Of a stretch of DNA of 64,000 bases, positions 9,723 through 19,576 are shown piece after piece. The stretch's first letter is position 1, and each line of letters starts with the position of its first letter. Below the pieces are notes generated by a model. That model had not been told where the DNA came from, made no database searches, and saw only the letters and a list, made by a program, of their open reading frames with translations. Origin of the DNA: a virus. The DNA is taken from positions 64,001-128,000 of the IMG/VR virus record IMGVR_UViG_3300028392_000034. The stretch is one strand, 5' to 3'. The translations under genes were made by a program, and so were the position numbers.

Positions 9723-10265
9723 ATGAGCACAGAATTATTTAGAAACTACATTGACCTTATCAATGAGAACAGTCAACCCAGGGTTCAACTGGATGAAGGC
9801 ATGATGGACACAATCAAGTCTGTAATACCCAAAGTGATGAAACTTTTGGGCGGTGATACTGCTCAACAAATTGCACAGCAAGTGAAACAAGTTACTGGTG
9901 GTGATTTTACACCCAGTAAAGAAAATGCTATCAAAGTGGCACAAGCACTTGGTTTCGACAAAATTGCACCAAAAAAGGCAGTGGCCGAACAAAAACTTGA
10001 TGAAGTTACTTGGGGCTTAGCAGGAGATTGGAAAGGTAAATTGATTCAACTTATATATACCTTGGGTTTAGCAGGCACAGCCGTTGGAGGATATCTAGGA
10101 GCACAACCGGGTGTGGCTGGCACAGATATAGGTGTAGCATCTGGTATTCTTATTCCAATCGGAATATTACTATTAATGTTTGCTGATACATTTTTTGGAA
10201 GAGGAACAGGGCAAGTCGGAGCAATGGGCCATCCAAAAGAAAAACACGATAACACAATGGGTTAA
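9723..10265 (+). CDS. Putative virion or membrane protein with two TM helices
   Basis: TAAATA and AGGAG upstream; N-terminal INE/LDE motifs; two hydrophobic helices. Confidence 0.55.
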   Translation: MSTELFRNYIDLINENSQPRVQLDEGMMDTIKSVIPKVMKLLGGDTAQQIAQQVKQVTGGDFTPSKENAIKVAQALGFDKIAPKKAVAEQKLDEVTWGLAGDWKGKLIQLIYTLGLAGTAVGGYLGAQPGVAGTDIGVASGILIPIGILLLMFADTFFGRGTGQVGAMGHPKEKHDNTMG

Positions 10266-10283
10266 CCATTATTTGATTCACAC

Positions 10284-10308
10284 AAAAGGCTCTTCGGAGC
10301 CTTTTTTT
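10284..10308. terminator. Bidirectional terminator between convergent genes
   Basis: AAAAGGCTC-TTCG-GAGCCTTTTTTT. Confidence 0.85.
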
Positions 10309-10324
10309 GTGTCAGCGTAAAATG

Positions 10325-11887
10325 TTAACGCTGGCGTTTACGTCCTAGTGCTTTTTCGGTGCCTAACTTCTCATCCGCAGCGGCTTTGATCCTACTACGC
10401 TGACTGCCAACTTGATCTAGATCTTTGGTGGACGCTTTGACGTTGGGTTGATCAGCCACGTCATTGGCCATCGGATCCAATAAGTCTGATTCTTTGGCAC
10501 CGTTCTTTAAGATCTTAAATGTAAAGTTGCCTTTGCCCTGTGTGCTCATGTAGGCCTTCGAAGCATCTAACAGCACACCGCTAACAGTGTCACTGGGATA
10601 CACAGCACGGAAGCTGGTGATTGAAATAGTGTCAGCTGTTTCTGTTGCTTCGGTATACATCTGCACCAGAGCCGAGTTGTTTAAAATCTCTGACGCAGCT
10701 TGTCCAAAATTGGTGTGCTCGTTGATGTAATCGGCTGTGTTATACGCCATCACACTGAGCATGTGCTCTATTGGAATAATCTTGGACCAATCTCTAGGAG
10801 TTCGACTTTGATACAATGTGTTTAACTTTTCATTCTTAAACTTGATTGGGTCGTTGGGACCACGTCCTTTTAATGCCCGTATTTCATTGGCCTCATCCGG
10901 GGTGATCAGTTTGTAGTCCACAGCCAAATCTAACGGAGCATTGGTGTGACCACGGTTATTAATGACGTTGAGAATCTCAACCACATCCTTGTGCTTTTCT
11001 AATAATTTTTTACCTTTGGGAGCCACTGACAATTCCTGAATACTTTTTAACAAGTTGACCACTGATGCATTGGCACCACTTTTACCTTTGCTACTTAATT
11101 TAATTTGTTTGCCGCCGGGACTCACAAGTAAACTGTCATACAATCCACCAGTTACGCTGTTGTTAAAACTGATAGTGGCATCACCGTATCCGCCTGCGGT
11201 AGGACCAAAGAATATAGTGGCTGCTTCTTGTGCATTGCCCTTGACTGGCTTGTTCATAACTAGCGCAACAGGTTGTAGCATTTCGCAAAAATAATCACGG
11301 AAGGCCGTGAAGTTGATCGAACCTTTGGGGAATGTAACAGGAAACTTGGTGGCCTGCATGAATGTAGCGGCTGCAACCACTTCATCACTGCCTTTGCCAA
11401 ACTTGGCCACAATTTGATTCATTATGGTTTCAGGAGTATTGTCCTGAAATTGTGTTAATACTTCACTGGGCTTGTAACCAGTATTTTCTTTGGCTCCGGC
11501 TTTGGATGCAAATTTAAATCCACCCGGAATGTCACTGTGAGCAAAGTTGTTTAAGGCACGATTTGGATTGATTTCTTTTACCCATTTTCCTAAATAATAA
11601 GGCTGGCCGTCTTCGCCTGTAAACGACGCAATCATAAATGCACGGGTCGATCCATTGGCCTGATTGACCCAATGCACATTAAGACCCGGCTTGTCCACAT
11701 TATCGACTTTGAGGCCAACCAACTCGCTGGCTGTGTCGACAGCACCAGATTCTGGATAAAAATCCACGCCCTGAAATGTAATAACATCACCTTCGGGGTT
11801 TTTAAACTGTTCGCCCGGGCGCCGATTGGTAAGCCCTACGCCTTCAGTTACAACAACGGTATCGAGTAAATTTAGAATATCACGCAT
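10325..11887 (-). CDS. Large protein with a putative PD-(D/E)xK nuclease-like motif, possibly virion-associated
   Basis: FCE...LYDSLL...IKLSSKG; N-terminus MRDILNLLDTVVVTEG. Confidence 0.45.
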   Translation of the reverse strand: MRDILNLLDTVVVTEGVGLTNRRPGEQFKNPEGDVITFQGVDFYPESGAVDTASELVGLKVDNVDKPGLNVHWVNQANGSTRAFMIASFTGEDGQPYYLGKWVKEINPNRALNNFAHSDIPGGFKFASKAGAKENTGYKPSEVLTQFQDNTPETIMNQIVAKFGKGSDEVVAAATFMQATKFPVTFPKGSINFTAFRDYFCEMLQPVALVMNKPVKGNAQEAATIFFGPTAGGYGDATISFNNSVTGGLYDSLLVSPGGKQIKLSSKGKSGANASVVNLLKSIQELSVAPKGKKLLEKHKDVVEILNVINNRGHTNAPLDLAVDYKLITPDEANEIRALKGRGPNDPIKFKNEKLNTLYQSRTPRDWSKIIPIEHMLSVMAYNTADYINEHTNFGQAASEILNNSALVQMYTEATETADTISITSFRAVYPSDTVSGVLLDASKAYMSTQGKGNFTFKILKNGAKESDLLDPMANDVADQPNVKASTKDLDQVGSQRSRIKAAADEKLGTEKALGRKRQR

Positions 11888-11942
11888 TTGCTTTTCTTTA
11901 AAAAATTTGTTATAATTACTTATCATTTATCTGGAGACCTTG

Positions 11943-12536
11943 ATGTCAAATTTAGTGCCAATTGTAGTAGAAAAAACCGCCAATGGAGAACGCAGTTACG
12001 ATATATACAGTAGACTCCTGCGTGATAGAATTGTCATGCTGGACACAGATGTTAACGAACACACAGCCAGTTTGGTTGTGGCTCAGATGCTGTTTTTAGA
12101 AAGCGAAGATCCGGACCGGGACATCCTATTTTACATCAACAGTCCAGGCGGTGTAGTCACAGCAGGCATGGCGATTTACGATACCATGCAGTTTATCAAA
12201 CCCGATGTCAGCACAGTTGTCATGGGTCAGGCTTGTAGTATGGGCAGCCTATTGGCACAAGCTGGTGCTGCAGGCAAACGATTAATTTTGCCCAATGCAC
12301 GTCATATGATTCACCAACCATCTGGGGGTGCCAGAGGACAAGCAACAGACATGCTGATTCAAGTTGAAGAGATTCTAGCTATGAAGAAAAATCTAACTGA
12401 GATCTATGTTCGACACAACACAGCCGGCAAAACTTTTGAAGAGCTAACTACAGATATGGAACGAGATAACTTTATGAGTGCCGAACAAGCAGTGGCCTAT
12501 GGTCTTGCAGACAAGATAGTTACCAAGAGAGATTAA
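11943..12536 (+). CDS. clpP: ATP-dependent Clp protease proteolytic subunit
   Basis: [21 protein letters not shown] (catalytic Ser), MIHQP, ERDNFM. Confidence 0.97.
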   Translation: MSNLVPIVVEKTANGERSYDIYSRLLRDRIVMLDTDVNEHTASLVVAQMLFLESEDPDRDILFYINSPGGVVTAGMAIYDTMQFIKPDVSTVVMGQACSMGSLLAQAGAAGKRLILPNARHMIHQPSGGARGQATDMLIQVEEILAMKKNLTEIYVRHNTAGKTFEELTTDMERDNFMSAEQAVAYGLADKIVTKRD

Positions 12537-13780
12537 TGGCCTTATCTGATACTTTTTGTTCAGCTCCGTGGTTCCAAACTAGAATTGATTGGGATGGTCA
12601 TTACAGACCCTGTTGCGGACTAACAGAAAACGCTAGCGAGTTTGAAGGTCGAACCCAATACTCAATAAAAGACACCACCGTGGATGAATGGATGTCTAGC
12701 GAGTATTCACAGTATCTAAGAAAAAATTTAACAGAAGGTATACAGCTAAAAGAATGCAATAATTGTTGGCAAAAAGAAAAACACAATGTCAAAAGTTTTA
12801 GACATGATGCTAACAATATTGTTACTAAAAATCAAAATAGCAATCTTGACAATACCTGGGTCAAACTTTTTGTAGACAAAAATCAAAATTATCAAAATTA
12901 TCAGATAGTATCAGCTGATGTCAAATTGTCAAATGTTTGCAATTTTAGCTGTGCTATGTGTTCGCCATTTAACAGTTCAAAAGTGTATGACAAATGGCAA
13001 TCTAATTTAGATAATAAATTTGTGCAAGAACGTTTACTACAGCAACCAACGTTTTTAAAAGATATTGCATCGACTTATCAAAGTAAACGGGGATATCAAC
13101 ATCTTAAAGATATATTAAAACATCCGTTGAGATATCTTAAAGTGCTTGGCGGCGAACCAACATTAGATAAAGACTTATTTCGTGTAGTAGATCAAGTACC
13201 AATTGACAAGAAATCAAAAATACATATAGAGCTAGTTACCAATGGCAGTCAAGATCTAATAGAAATTTCTAACCGATTACAAGATTACGGATCAGTAAGT
13301 TACACAATCAGCCTTGAAGGCGTTGGAGACATACAAGATTATGTGCGTAAAGGAAGCCACTGGCCTACCATTGAAAAAAATATATTGGCCGCAAAACAGA
13401 ATGGCATACACGTCAATGTTAATTATACTATACAGGCCATGTCGGTGTTAAATTTACATGAATTATTAAAATGGTGTTCCAATAATCAAATACCGATATC
13501 GTTTGGTGTATTAGATTATCCAGGTCATCTTGCTGTGTCAGTATTGCCCAAAAAAATTCGAAACAGTATTGTTGATAATTTACGCAAAAGTTCAGGTGTT
13601 GACGTTATAAATTCTCCAGACAGTACCGATCTATTGTCAATTGATAAGATAATTGAGTTAATTGACACTATCCCGGATCAGTCTGAACTTTACCCAAAAT
13701 TTCTTGAATATGTGGCATGGTTTGATCAGGACTCGATTCAACCGCTACGTGATATACAACCTTTGCTATATTATGTTTAA
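12536..13780 (+). CDS. Radical SAM protein with N-terminal SPASM/twitch-like domain
   Basis: CNFSCAMC, GGEP and TNG motifs; N-terminal FCSAPW...PCC...CNNC. Confidence 0.88.
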   Translation: MALSDTFCSAPWFQTRIDWDGHYRPCCGLTENASEFEGRTQYSIKDTTVDEWMSSEYSQYLRKNLTEGIQLKECNNCWQKEKHNVKSFRHDANNIVTKNQNSNLDNTWVKLFVDKNQNYQNYQIVSADVKLSNVCNFSCAMCSPFNSSKVYDKWQSNLDNKFVQERLLQQPTFLKDIASTYQSKRGYQHLKDILKHPLRYLKVLGGEPTLDKDLFRVVDQVPIDKKSKIHIELVTNGSQDLIEISNRLQDYGSVSYTISLEGVGDIQDYVRKGSHWPTIEKNILAAKQNGIHVNVNYTIQAMSVLNLHELLKWCSNNQIPISFGVLDYPGHLAVSVLPKKIRNSIVDNLRKSSGVDVINSPDSTDLLSIDKIIELIDTIPDQSELYPKFLEYVAWFDQDSIQPLRDIQPLLYYV

Positions 13781-13861
13781 GTAATAAAAGTGTAATGCTA
13801 TATCCGCTAAATAAAAGACCGGGCACAAGATAAGGTGTCGTGGGAATCCGTAATCCACGCT

Positions 13862-13887
13862 AAAGGACCTACCGGTCCTTTTTCTTT
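13862..13887. terminator. Terminator hairpin overlapping the glycosyltransferase stop codon
   Basis: AAAGGACC-TACC-GGTCCTTT followed by TTCTTT. Confidence 0.7.
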
Positions 13888-14885
13888 GGCGTCACTGGCA
13901 CCAGGTTGTCGCGGAATATCGCCCAGGCACGTTCCCAACTCCAGCGAGCACTACCCGCCCATACCTGTTGTCGATTCAAAAACAAACAATCAGTTACGGC
14001 CTGCCGCAGGTCTGTGTTCATACAGCCGGTAACACCTTCGTCAATGACATCTTCTGGCCCCTGAACAGGATAGGCTGCCACCGGTGTACCACAAGCCATA
14101 GATTCGATCATCACAATGCCAAATGTTTCCCACTGGCTAGGAAATACAAACACTTCAGCATTGGCATAGTAGCGAGCCAATTCTACTCCTGTTTTAAATC
14201 CTGTGAAATGCACATCTGGATATTGCTTACGATAGGTTTCTAGCATGGGTCCATCACCTACCATGATTTTCAAGAAACCCGGATAGTCCATTTCGAGAAA
14301 CTTTTCAAGATTTTTTTCTTTGCTGACACGACTTACGCACAAGATATATCGACTGATAGTTTTTTTTCTATGAGTAGGATTAAACGTTTCACGGTCAACA
14401 CCGCGTGTCCAACTCACAATCTCGCCTTTAAACCCGTGTGATCTTAATTCTTGCACCATTGAATCCGTTGTGGTCAATACTTTGCCTGAGTGTTTGTGGA
14501 ACCAGCGCACCATGGGCCAAGTCACTAGTTCGGGAATGCCAAACAGCTTTTTTAGCCCTTCAGGAAACTTAGTATGATAAGCGGTGTTGTACCTATAACC
14601 ACATATTGAAAGATACTTTCTAGCCCACAAACCAAGAGGACCTTCTGTGGCGATGTGGATATGATCCGGGTCAATTTCTTCAATCTTCTTGCCCATCGCC
14701 CGCGGAATGGCAAGTTTGACTTGGTCGTAGCCAGGACAATCAACATAGCGGAACCGCCCGGGATCAATATAATCAACCCGATAACCATCCAGTACCGCAC
14801 AAGCCTCAATGTTCTTGTAAGTGGTGACCACGCCATTAATCTGATCCGGTAAGTTGTCTGTTATTATCAATATCTTCTTTGTCAT
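13869..14885 (-). CDS. GT4 glycosyltransferase (Agt-like glycolipid synthase candidate)
   Basis: ITDNLPDQINGVV, IHIATEGPLG, YHTKFPE, FVFPSQWETFGIVMIESMACGTPV. Confidence 0.88.
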   Translation of the reverse strand: MTKKILIITDNLPDQINGVVTTYKNIEACAVLDGYRVDYIDPGRFRYVDCPGYDQVKLAIPRAMGKKIEEIDPDHIHIATEGPLGLWARKYLSICGYRYNTAYHTKFPEGLKKLFGIPELVTWPMVRWFHKHSGKVLTTTDSMVQELRSHGFKGEIVSWTRGVDRETFNPTHRKKTISRYILCVSRVSKEKNLEKFLEMDYPGFLKIMVGDGPMLETYRKQYPDVHFTGFKTGVELARYYANAEVFVFPSQWETFGIVMIESMACGTPVAAYPVQGPEDVIDEGVTGCMNTDLRQAVTDCLFLNRQQVWAGSARWSWERAWAIFRDNLVPVTPKKKDR

Positions 14886-15630
14886 TTTTTTGTGTCCATG
14901 TTACAATCTCCCATGTGCCATCGTGATGTTCTACCAGTGCTGTGCATGATTCAACCCAGTCGCCATCATTCATGTAAGTGACGCCATCTATTTCTTTTAT
15001 TTCTGCGTGGTGTATGTGACCGCAGACCACGCCATCAAATCCTCTTTTCTTACAGTAGGTTGCGAGGTTCCGTTCAAAGTGGAAAATAAAGTCCACTGCC
15101 TTTTTGACCCTATGCTTGAGATACAGGCTAAGACTCCAGTAACCAAAACCCATACGATGGCGGATCCAATTAAATTTGCTATTAAGTCCCAGGATAAAGT
15201 CATATGCTCGGTCTCCTAAAAAGTTCAACCACGGTGCCAATCTTGTGATGCCATCAAACATGTCGCCATGAACCACAAGGTAGTGCCGCCCGTCGGCACC
15301 TATGTGTTCGGTTTGATTTACAATTTCTATCAGTCCAAACGAAAATCCGTAGGGTATCATCGGACGCAAGAATTCGTCATGATTTCCAGATATGTATACG
15401 ACCCTAGTGCCACGTTTAGCGTGACCAAGAATGCGACGAACAACGTTGGTGTGGCTTTGTTTCCATCTCCACCGGTTTTGTTGGATCTTCCAAGCGTCAA
15501 TGATATCTCCCACAAGATACAGGGTATCACAGGTGTTGTGTTTGAGGAAGTTGTTTAGTTCTTCTGCTTTGCAGTCCCTCGTCCCGAGGTGGATGTCTGA
15601 CACAAATATACTGCGATACGTTTTTTGCAT
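14836..15630 (-). CDS. plcP: Metallophosphoesterase of the PlcP / LpxH-like family
   Basis: SDIHLG, LVGDIID, GNHD, HGD, CGHIHHA and NDGDWVESCTALVE; paired with a GT4 as in plcP-agt loci. Confidence 0.7.
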   Translation of the reverse strand: MQKTYRSIFVSDIHLGTRDCKAEELNNFLKHNTCDTLYLVGDIIDAWKIQQNRWRWKQSHTNVVRRILGHAKRGTRVVYISGNHDEFLRPMIPYGFSFGLIEIVNQTEHIGADGRHYLVVHGDMFDGITRLAPWLNFLGDRAYDFILGLNSKFNWIRHRMGFGYWSLSLYLKHRVKKAVDFIFHFERNLATYCKKRGFDGVVCGHIHHAEIKEIDGVTYMNDGDWVESCTALVEHHDGTWEIVTWTQKNDKEDIDNNRQLTGSD

Positions 15631-15655
15631 CTAGTATTTAGGCAGAAATGTGTTA

Positions 15656-16303
15656 CTATTTTGTTACAAACAATTGATCTACAAATTCTAATAGCAGTTG
15701 ATGATGTTGACGATGGTGCCAGTGTGGTCGCATCCACGAATAACCTGTGTACCAAAACTGTTCGCTTTCGGGATGACATCCTATTAGCCCAATCTTGTTT
15801 TGATATATGGCCATTGCATCACCATTGGCATAGGTGGCTACTGTTTCAAATCGATCAGGATCGCCCACTAAGGCACAGCCATCATACCAAAACATTGACA
15901 TGGGTGTTCCTTGCCAAGTTATGGCAATATTTTTGGCATGTGGTCTACGAGTATCGGTTCCAGGTCTAGCAAGATATTGAACAGCATCTACTGAATCTAG
16001 TATATCAAAGTAATTGCTACCGGCCCAGTAGGCACCCATACAGATGCCTAGATAGCGTCCGCCCTGCTGAACAAATTCAGTTACCCTGCGTTGGTTGGCT
16101 TTTAGTAAGGTAGCAAAACTGTCAGCATCACCTATACCACCCGGAAACGCAACCATGCTTACGTCGTCAAAAAACGAGTCTTCAACTGAGTTCTTGCTGA
16201 ACAGTTTAAAACGATAATAATCGCCCAGGGCTTGCATTACGCCATTGCCCGATTGAACCGAACATTTTGGATCTTGAATGAATAATGCTATTGTGGGCTT
16301 CAT
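15656..16303 (-). CDS. BPL_N / class I glutamine amidotransferase-like protein
   Basis: FPGG, GGRYLGICMGAY and GCHPE. Confidence 0.8.
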   Translation of the reverse strand: MKPTIALFIQDPKCSVQSGNGVMQALGDYYRFKLFSKNSVEDSFFDDVSMVAFPGGIGDADSFATLLKANQRRVTEFVQQGGRYLGICMGAYWAGSNYFDILDSVDAVQYLARPGTDTRRPHAKNIAITWQGTPMSMFWYDGCALVGDPDRFETVATYANGDAMAIYQNKIGLIGCHPESEQFWYTGYSWMRPHWHHRQHHQLLLEFVDQLFVTK

Positions 16304-16401
16304 GTTGGTGTATTTATAGCCCTGTTAACCTGTTGTTTTTAAACAACAAAATGTGGCTAAAAAACAACAGTTTTTGCCTGTATAAATTGGGCCCAAATAA
16401 C

Positions 16402-16456
16402 GGTTGACCCAAAATGGCCCATTTGCTAAAATACTTGTATAGTAATTAAAAAGGAG
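16402..16456 (+). promoter_or_regulatory. Early promoter-RBS cassette, copy 1
   Basis: GGTTGACC...TAAAATACTTGTATAGTAATTAAAAAGGAG. Confidence 0.8.
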
Positions 16457-16462
16457 TCCGGG

Positions 16463-16615
16463 ATGAAAAACAAAATGACTGTAGCAGACTTGATCGAAAT
16501 ACTCCGCACTATGCCTGCTGACGCCACGGTAATCGCACATGACAGCGACTGGGGTTATACTGCACCTCTAGTGGAGATGGATGACGACGGCGAAGTTGTA
16601 ATATCAGCAGGTTGA
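16463..16615 (+). CDS. Small hypothetical protein (50 aa, MKNKMTVADLIEILRTMPADA...)
   Basis: Directly follows the cassette SD; stop codon overlaps the next -35 box. Confidence 0.6.
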   Translation: MKNKMTVADLIEILRTMPADATVIAHDSDWGYTAPLVEMDDDGEVVISAG

Positions 16616-16664
16616 CCCAAAATAGCCCTTTTGTTATAATACTTGTATAGAAACTAAAAAGGAG
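16610..16664 (+). promoter_or_regulatory. Early promoter-RBS cassette, copy 2
   Basis: GGTTGACC...TATAATACTTGTATAGAAACTAAAAAGGAG. Confidence 0.85.
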
Positions 16665-16669
16665 CGGAA

Positions 16670-16987
16670 ATGATCGACTCAAAACGCAAAGAAGATTTTT
16701 ATGTTGACGAAACCAACAGCAAGTCTGGCCCTGTGGTACGTTGGAACAGCAACGATCGTATTCCGTTTGGTGACATGTTGGCAGAGTTTGCTCATGCTGG
16801 TTGGATTTCTGTGCAAACGGTTGAGAACAGTTTGGCTCAGCGTAAAGTCGAAGACCGCATCGCACTTGAGGCTTATGCTAAAAACTACAAAGGCCCAAGC
16901 CAAGAAGACCTGTTTGAAATGCGAGCCGCATTTGGCTCTGGTGCTCGTGTAGTAAATGTTTTAACCGGCCACGAATATACCGTTTAA
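16670..16987 (+). CDS. Hypothetical early protein
   Basis: Follows the cassette SD. Confidence 0.7.
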   Translation: MIDSKRKEDFYVDETNSKSGPVVRWNSNDRIPFGDMLAEFAHAGWISVQTVENSLAQRKVEDRIALEAYAKNYKGPSQEDLFEMRAAFGSGARVVNVLTGHEYTV

Positions 16988-16996
16988 GGAGACAAG

Positions 16997-17323
16997 ATGA
17001 AATTTACAAATAAAGCCAATGCCAACATGACCAGCCTCAAAGGTGAGTTTGTAATTACTTTTGCAGAACTGACGGAAATTTTTGGACGACCTGATCATGG
17101 CCCTAATGCTGACTTAGACAAGGTCACTTGTGAATGGGCGTTGACGTTTGAAGACGGCACCATTGCCACTATCTATGATTGGAAAACAAACCGCACCCCA
17201 ATGGGTGAATACGAGTGGCACATTGGCGGCCACTCTGAAGCGGCTGTAGACCGTGTCGTGGACACCATTGCCATGCATCGTGACCAACTGGTCAGTATGA
17301 TTAGAGGGTATCAAGGCGCATGA
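16997..17323 (+). CDS. Conserved phage hypothetical protein
   Basis: DKVTCEW...ATIYDWK...WHIGG; AAGGAG SD. Confidence 0.7.
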   Translation: MKFTNKANANMTSLKGEFVITFAELTEIFGRPDHGPNADLDKVTCEWALTFEDGTIATIYDWKTNRTPMGEYEWHIGGHSEAAVDRVVDTIAMHRDQLVSMIRGYQGA

Positions 17324-17676
17324 AAGTATTCCAAGAAACCACAGAGTGGGGCATTCCAGGTGCTAAAAATCACATCTACTTTTTGTCGGATTCAAAGGAC
17401 AAGATGTATGCTTACATCAATAAGGAAGGTCGCATTGACGAAGTAAAGACGCCTTACCGATTCCATATCAAGGGCCGTAAATTTAAAGAAGTTGCCAACA
17501 CCTGGGGATTCTTTCCTAGAGAAGAATTAGAGTCAGTTGGAGAAACTCATCGGGTTGCAGGTAGCAAGGGTTCTGTTTATACAGTTACAAACGATCGTGG
17601 ATCGTGGACTTGCACTTGCCCGGCTTCAAAATGGCAAAAGGGCGACTGCAAACATATCGTGCAGTTAAAAGGTTAA
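17320..17676 (+). CDS. SWIM zinc-finger protein
   Basis: GSKGSVYTV...CTCP...CKH. Confidence 0.8.
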   Translation: MKVFQETTEWGIPGAKNHIYFLSDSKDKMYAYINKEGRIDEVKTPYRFHIKGRKFKEVANTWGFFPREELESVGETHRVAGSKGSVYTVTNDRGSWTCTCPASKWQKGDCKHIVQLKG

Positions 17677-18794
17677 GGTCGGGTTATCAAATGCAAGAAT
17701 TCAGGCCGAGATTTTCTTATGGTTTGATCCAGGTTTGATATACACACCTGCCGCTCACACACAACAGACTGGTTTAAAAACGCAATTTTGGAACCCAGTT
17801 GTCCAATAGGTCCGCCATTCTGACAAGGACCGCGATACACTAGACCGTCGAAATCCAAAAATAAACTGTCTACACCAACAAAACAGCGCCAGCCATGAAA
17901 TTGATTAGCATTGTTGGATACCATAGTATCTGAGTTGGTTTCTGTGTAGTTGAGATCTTGGTCCCAGACGCCGATGTTTTGCCAAGCCGTGGCCGGTATA
18001 TGGGTCGCAAGCCAGTCAAGTTCGTCAGCAGTGTAGAATGTTTCTTCGGCATACACTTGGTAGAGTCGACGATCCAACGTATCTTTTTCTAATTTTTTAT
18101 GTTGTGTTTGTTGTTCTAGGGTGTATACTTGTTTGAGTATTTCCTTTTTGGGTGTAGTTTGCCACTCTTCGTGGGTTTCATTCAACCATGGTCGTATACG
18201 CCTCAGTGTAAATTTTATACCATTTGATTCCAGTATTGGCATCACAACGTTTTCAACAAACTGTAGTTTTCCCGGCGCACACATGACCTGCACACTGATC
18301 CAATGTTCGGGGTATTTGTGATGCAGTTCGATAATTTTATGTAGAGTTGTCTGTGTTTCAGCTTCGGGTTTTTCTAAGTGCAAACTCACAGTTAGGTGAG
18401 TTAGATATTCCAGCGATTGTTTGTATAATTTCAACGGCATAGATCCATTGGTTATTGCCGACAGTTGATCACCAAATGCTGTGGCCTGATGAATTGTTCG
18501 GAGTATCTCCAGTATGTCAGGATGCACAAATGGTTCACCACCGGTTATGCTCATGTTGAATGTTTTGTTCTGCAAAGCAGCCCAGTCATTTACTTGGCCA
18601 ACAAAATTTCTTATGTGATCGATTGGGTGATGTGGGCTTACCCAGTCATGCACATACGGGCTACAATAACTACAATCGTAATTGCACCTCTTGCCTAGAT
18701 TCCAATTGACCAGAACCACTTGAGGTTCAATGTTGTTGGCGTGATGCTCGCTGCGGAGACTACGCAAGGCCACTAGATTTTTTTCCCAAGTCAT
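17673..18794 (-). CDS. Radical SAM protein
   Basis: CNYDCSYC, TGGEP, TNGS and C-terminal Cys cluster. Confidence 0.9.
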   Translation of the reverse strand: MTWEKNLVALRSLRSEHHANNIEPQVVLVNWNLGKRCNYDCSYCSPYVHDWVSPHHPIDHIRNFVGQVNDWAALQNKTFNMSITGGEPFVHPDILEILRTIHQATAFGDQLSAITNGSMPLKLYKQSLEYLTHLTVSLHLEKPEAETQTTLHKIIELHHKYPEHWISVQVMCAPGKLQFVENVVMPILESNGIKFTLRRIRPWLNETHEEWQTTPKKEILKQVYTLEQQTQHKKLEKDTLDRRLYQVYAEETFYTADELDWLATHIPATAWQNIGVWDQDLNYTETNSDTMVSNNANQFHGWRCFVGVDSLFLDFDGLVYRGPCQNGGPIGQLGSKIAFLNQSVVCERQVCISNLDQTIRKSRPEFLHLITRP

Positions 18795-18831
18795 GCTAAT
18801 AGTTATGCTAGATTACGTATCTAGCAGTAAT

Positions 18832-19563
18832 TTAAAGGCCGAATCTTGATCGATAGTATTCAAAGTTTTGCGTGACTTCTGTGCCAGTTAGTGCTGAGTT
18901 GTAAAGATTAACAATGGCCAATCGGCCGCCCCAGAACCCACCCGAATCCCACCGTGTCATTAAACCATATCCAATTGAGAGATTGGCGGCACCACCAGGT
19001 GGCCTATTGGTAGTTTCGACCAGGGTGTTGTTTACATACAGGTTGAGAGTGGTGCCATCAAATGTGCCCACAATCTGATACCAGTTTCCCGGTGTTAGTG
19101 TATATGGGTCAGTGGTTTGGAATCCTGGACCATACCACCAGGTCTGTAAATCAGACGCATTATTAGTAGAACCCAGGCCAAGATTGATAGTGCCACCGCC
19201 GTATGGGTATTCTGTGAATATGTTGGGTCCAGAACCCACATTGGTTCCATCATAGTAATGCCATGCTTCGATTGACCACGCGGCCAAGGTGCCCAAGTTT
19301 GTGGGGCTGGCTGCATACTGTCCTGCGCTGGGCGTGAACTGTATGTATCCACCGTTGGCACTGTTGTATGTGGGACCGTTTACCAGTGTAAATGTCATTG
19401 ATCCAACTGTGTCAGTCCAGGTCGAGTAGCCTCCTGCTCCGGGATAACTGGCAGGATTGCCAGCGTCCAGACTCAGCACTTGGTTGGTCAACGGGGATGC
19501 TGATGAGGAAGTAACTGTTGCACCAGCTCCTATTGCAATTCCGGGTCCGATTGTTATGGTCAT
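18832..19563 (-). CDS. LamG / concanavalin A-like lectin domain virion protein
   Basis: LSLDAGNPASYPG, WYQIVGTFDG, YNSALT..EVTQNF...RFGL. Confidence 0.85.
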   Translation of the reverse strand: MTITIGPGIAIGAGATVTSSSASPLTNQVLSLDAGNPASYPGAGGYSTWTDTVGSMTFTLVNGPTYNSANGGYIQFTPSAGQYAASPTNLGTLAAWSIEAWHYYDGTNVGSGPNIFTEYPYGGGTINLGLGSTNNASDLQTWWYGPGFQTTDPYTLTPGNWYQIVGTFDGTTLNLYVNNTLVETTNRPPGGAANLSIGYGLMTRWDSGGFWGGRLAIVNLYNSALTGTEVTQNFEYYRSRFGL

Positions 19564-19576
19564 ATTAGTATTCTGT

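Noticed and set aside
13839-13867. Pistol or hammerhead ribozyme
   Set aside because: CGTGG/CCACG followed by TAAA is superficially pistol-like, but no pseudoknot partner or conserved core was found.
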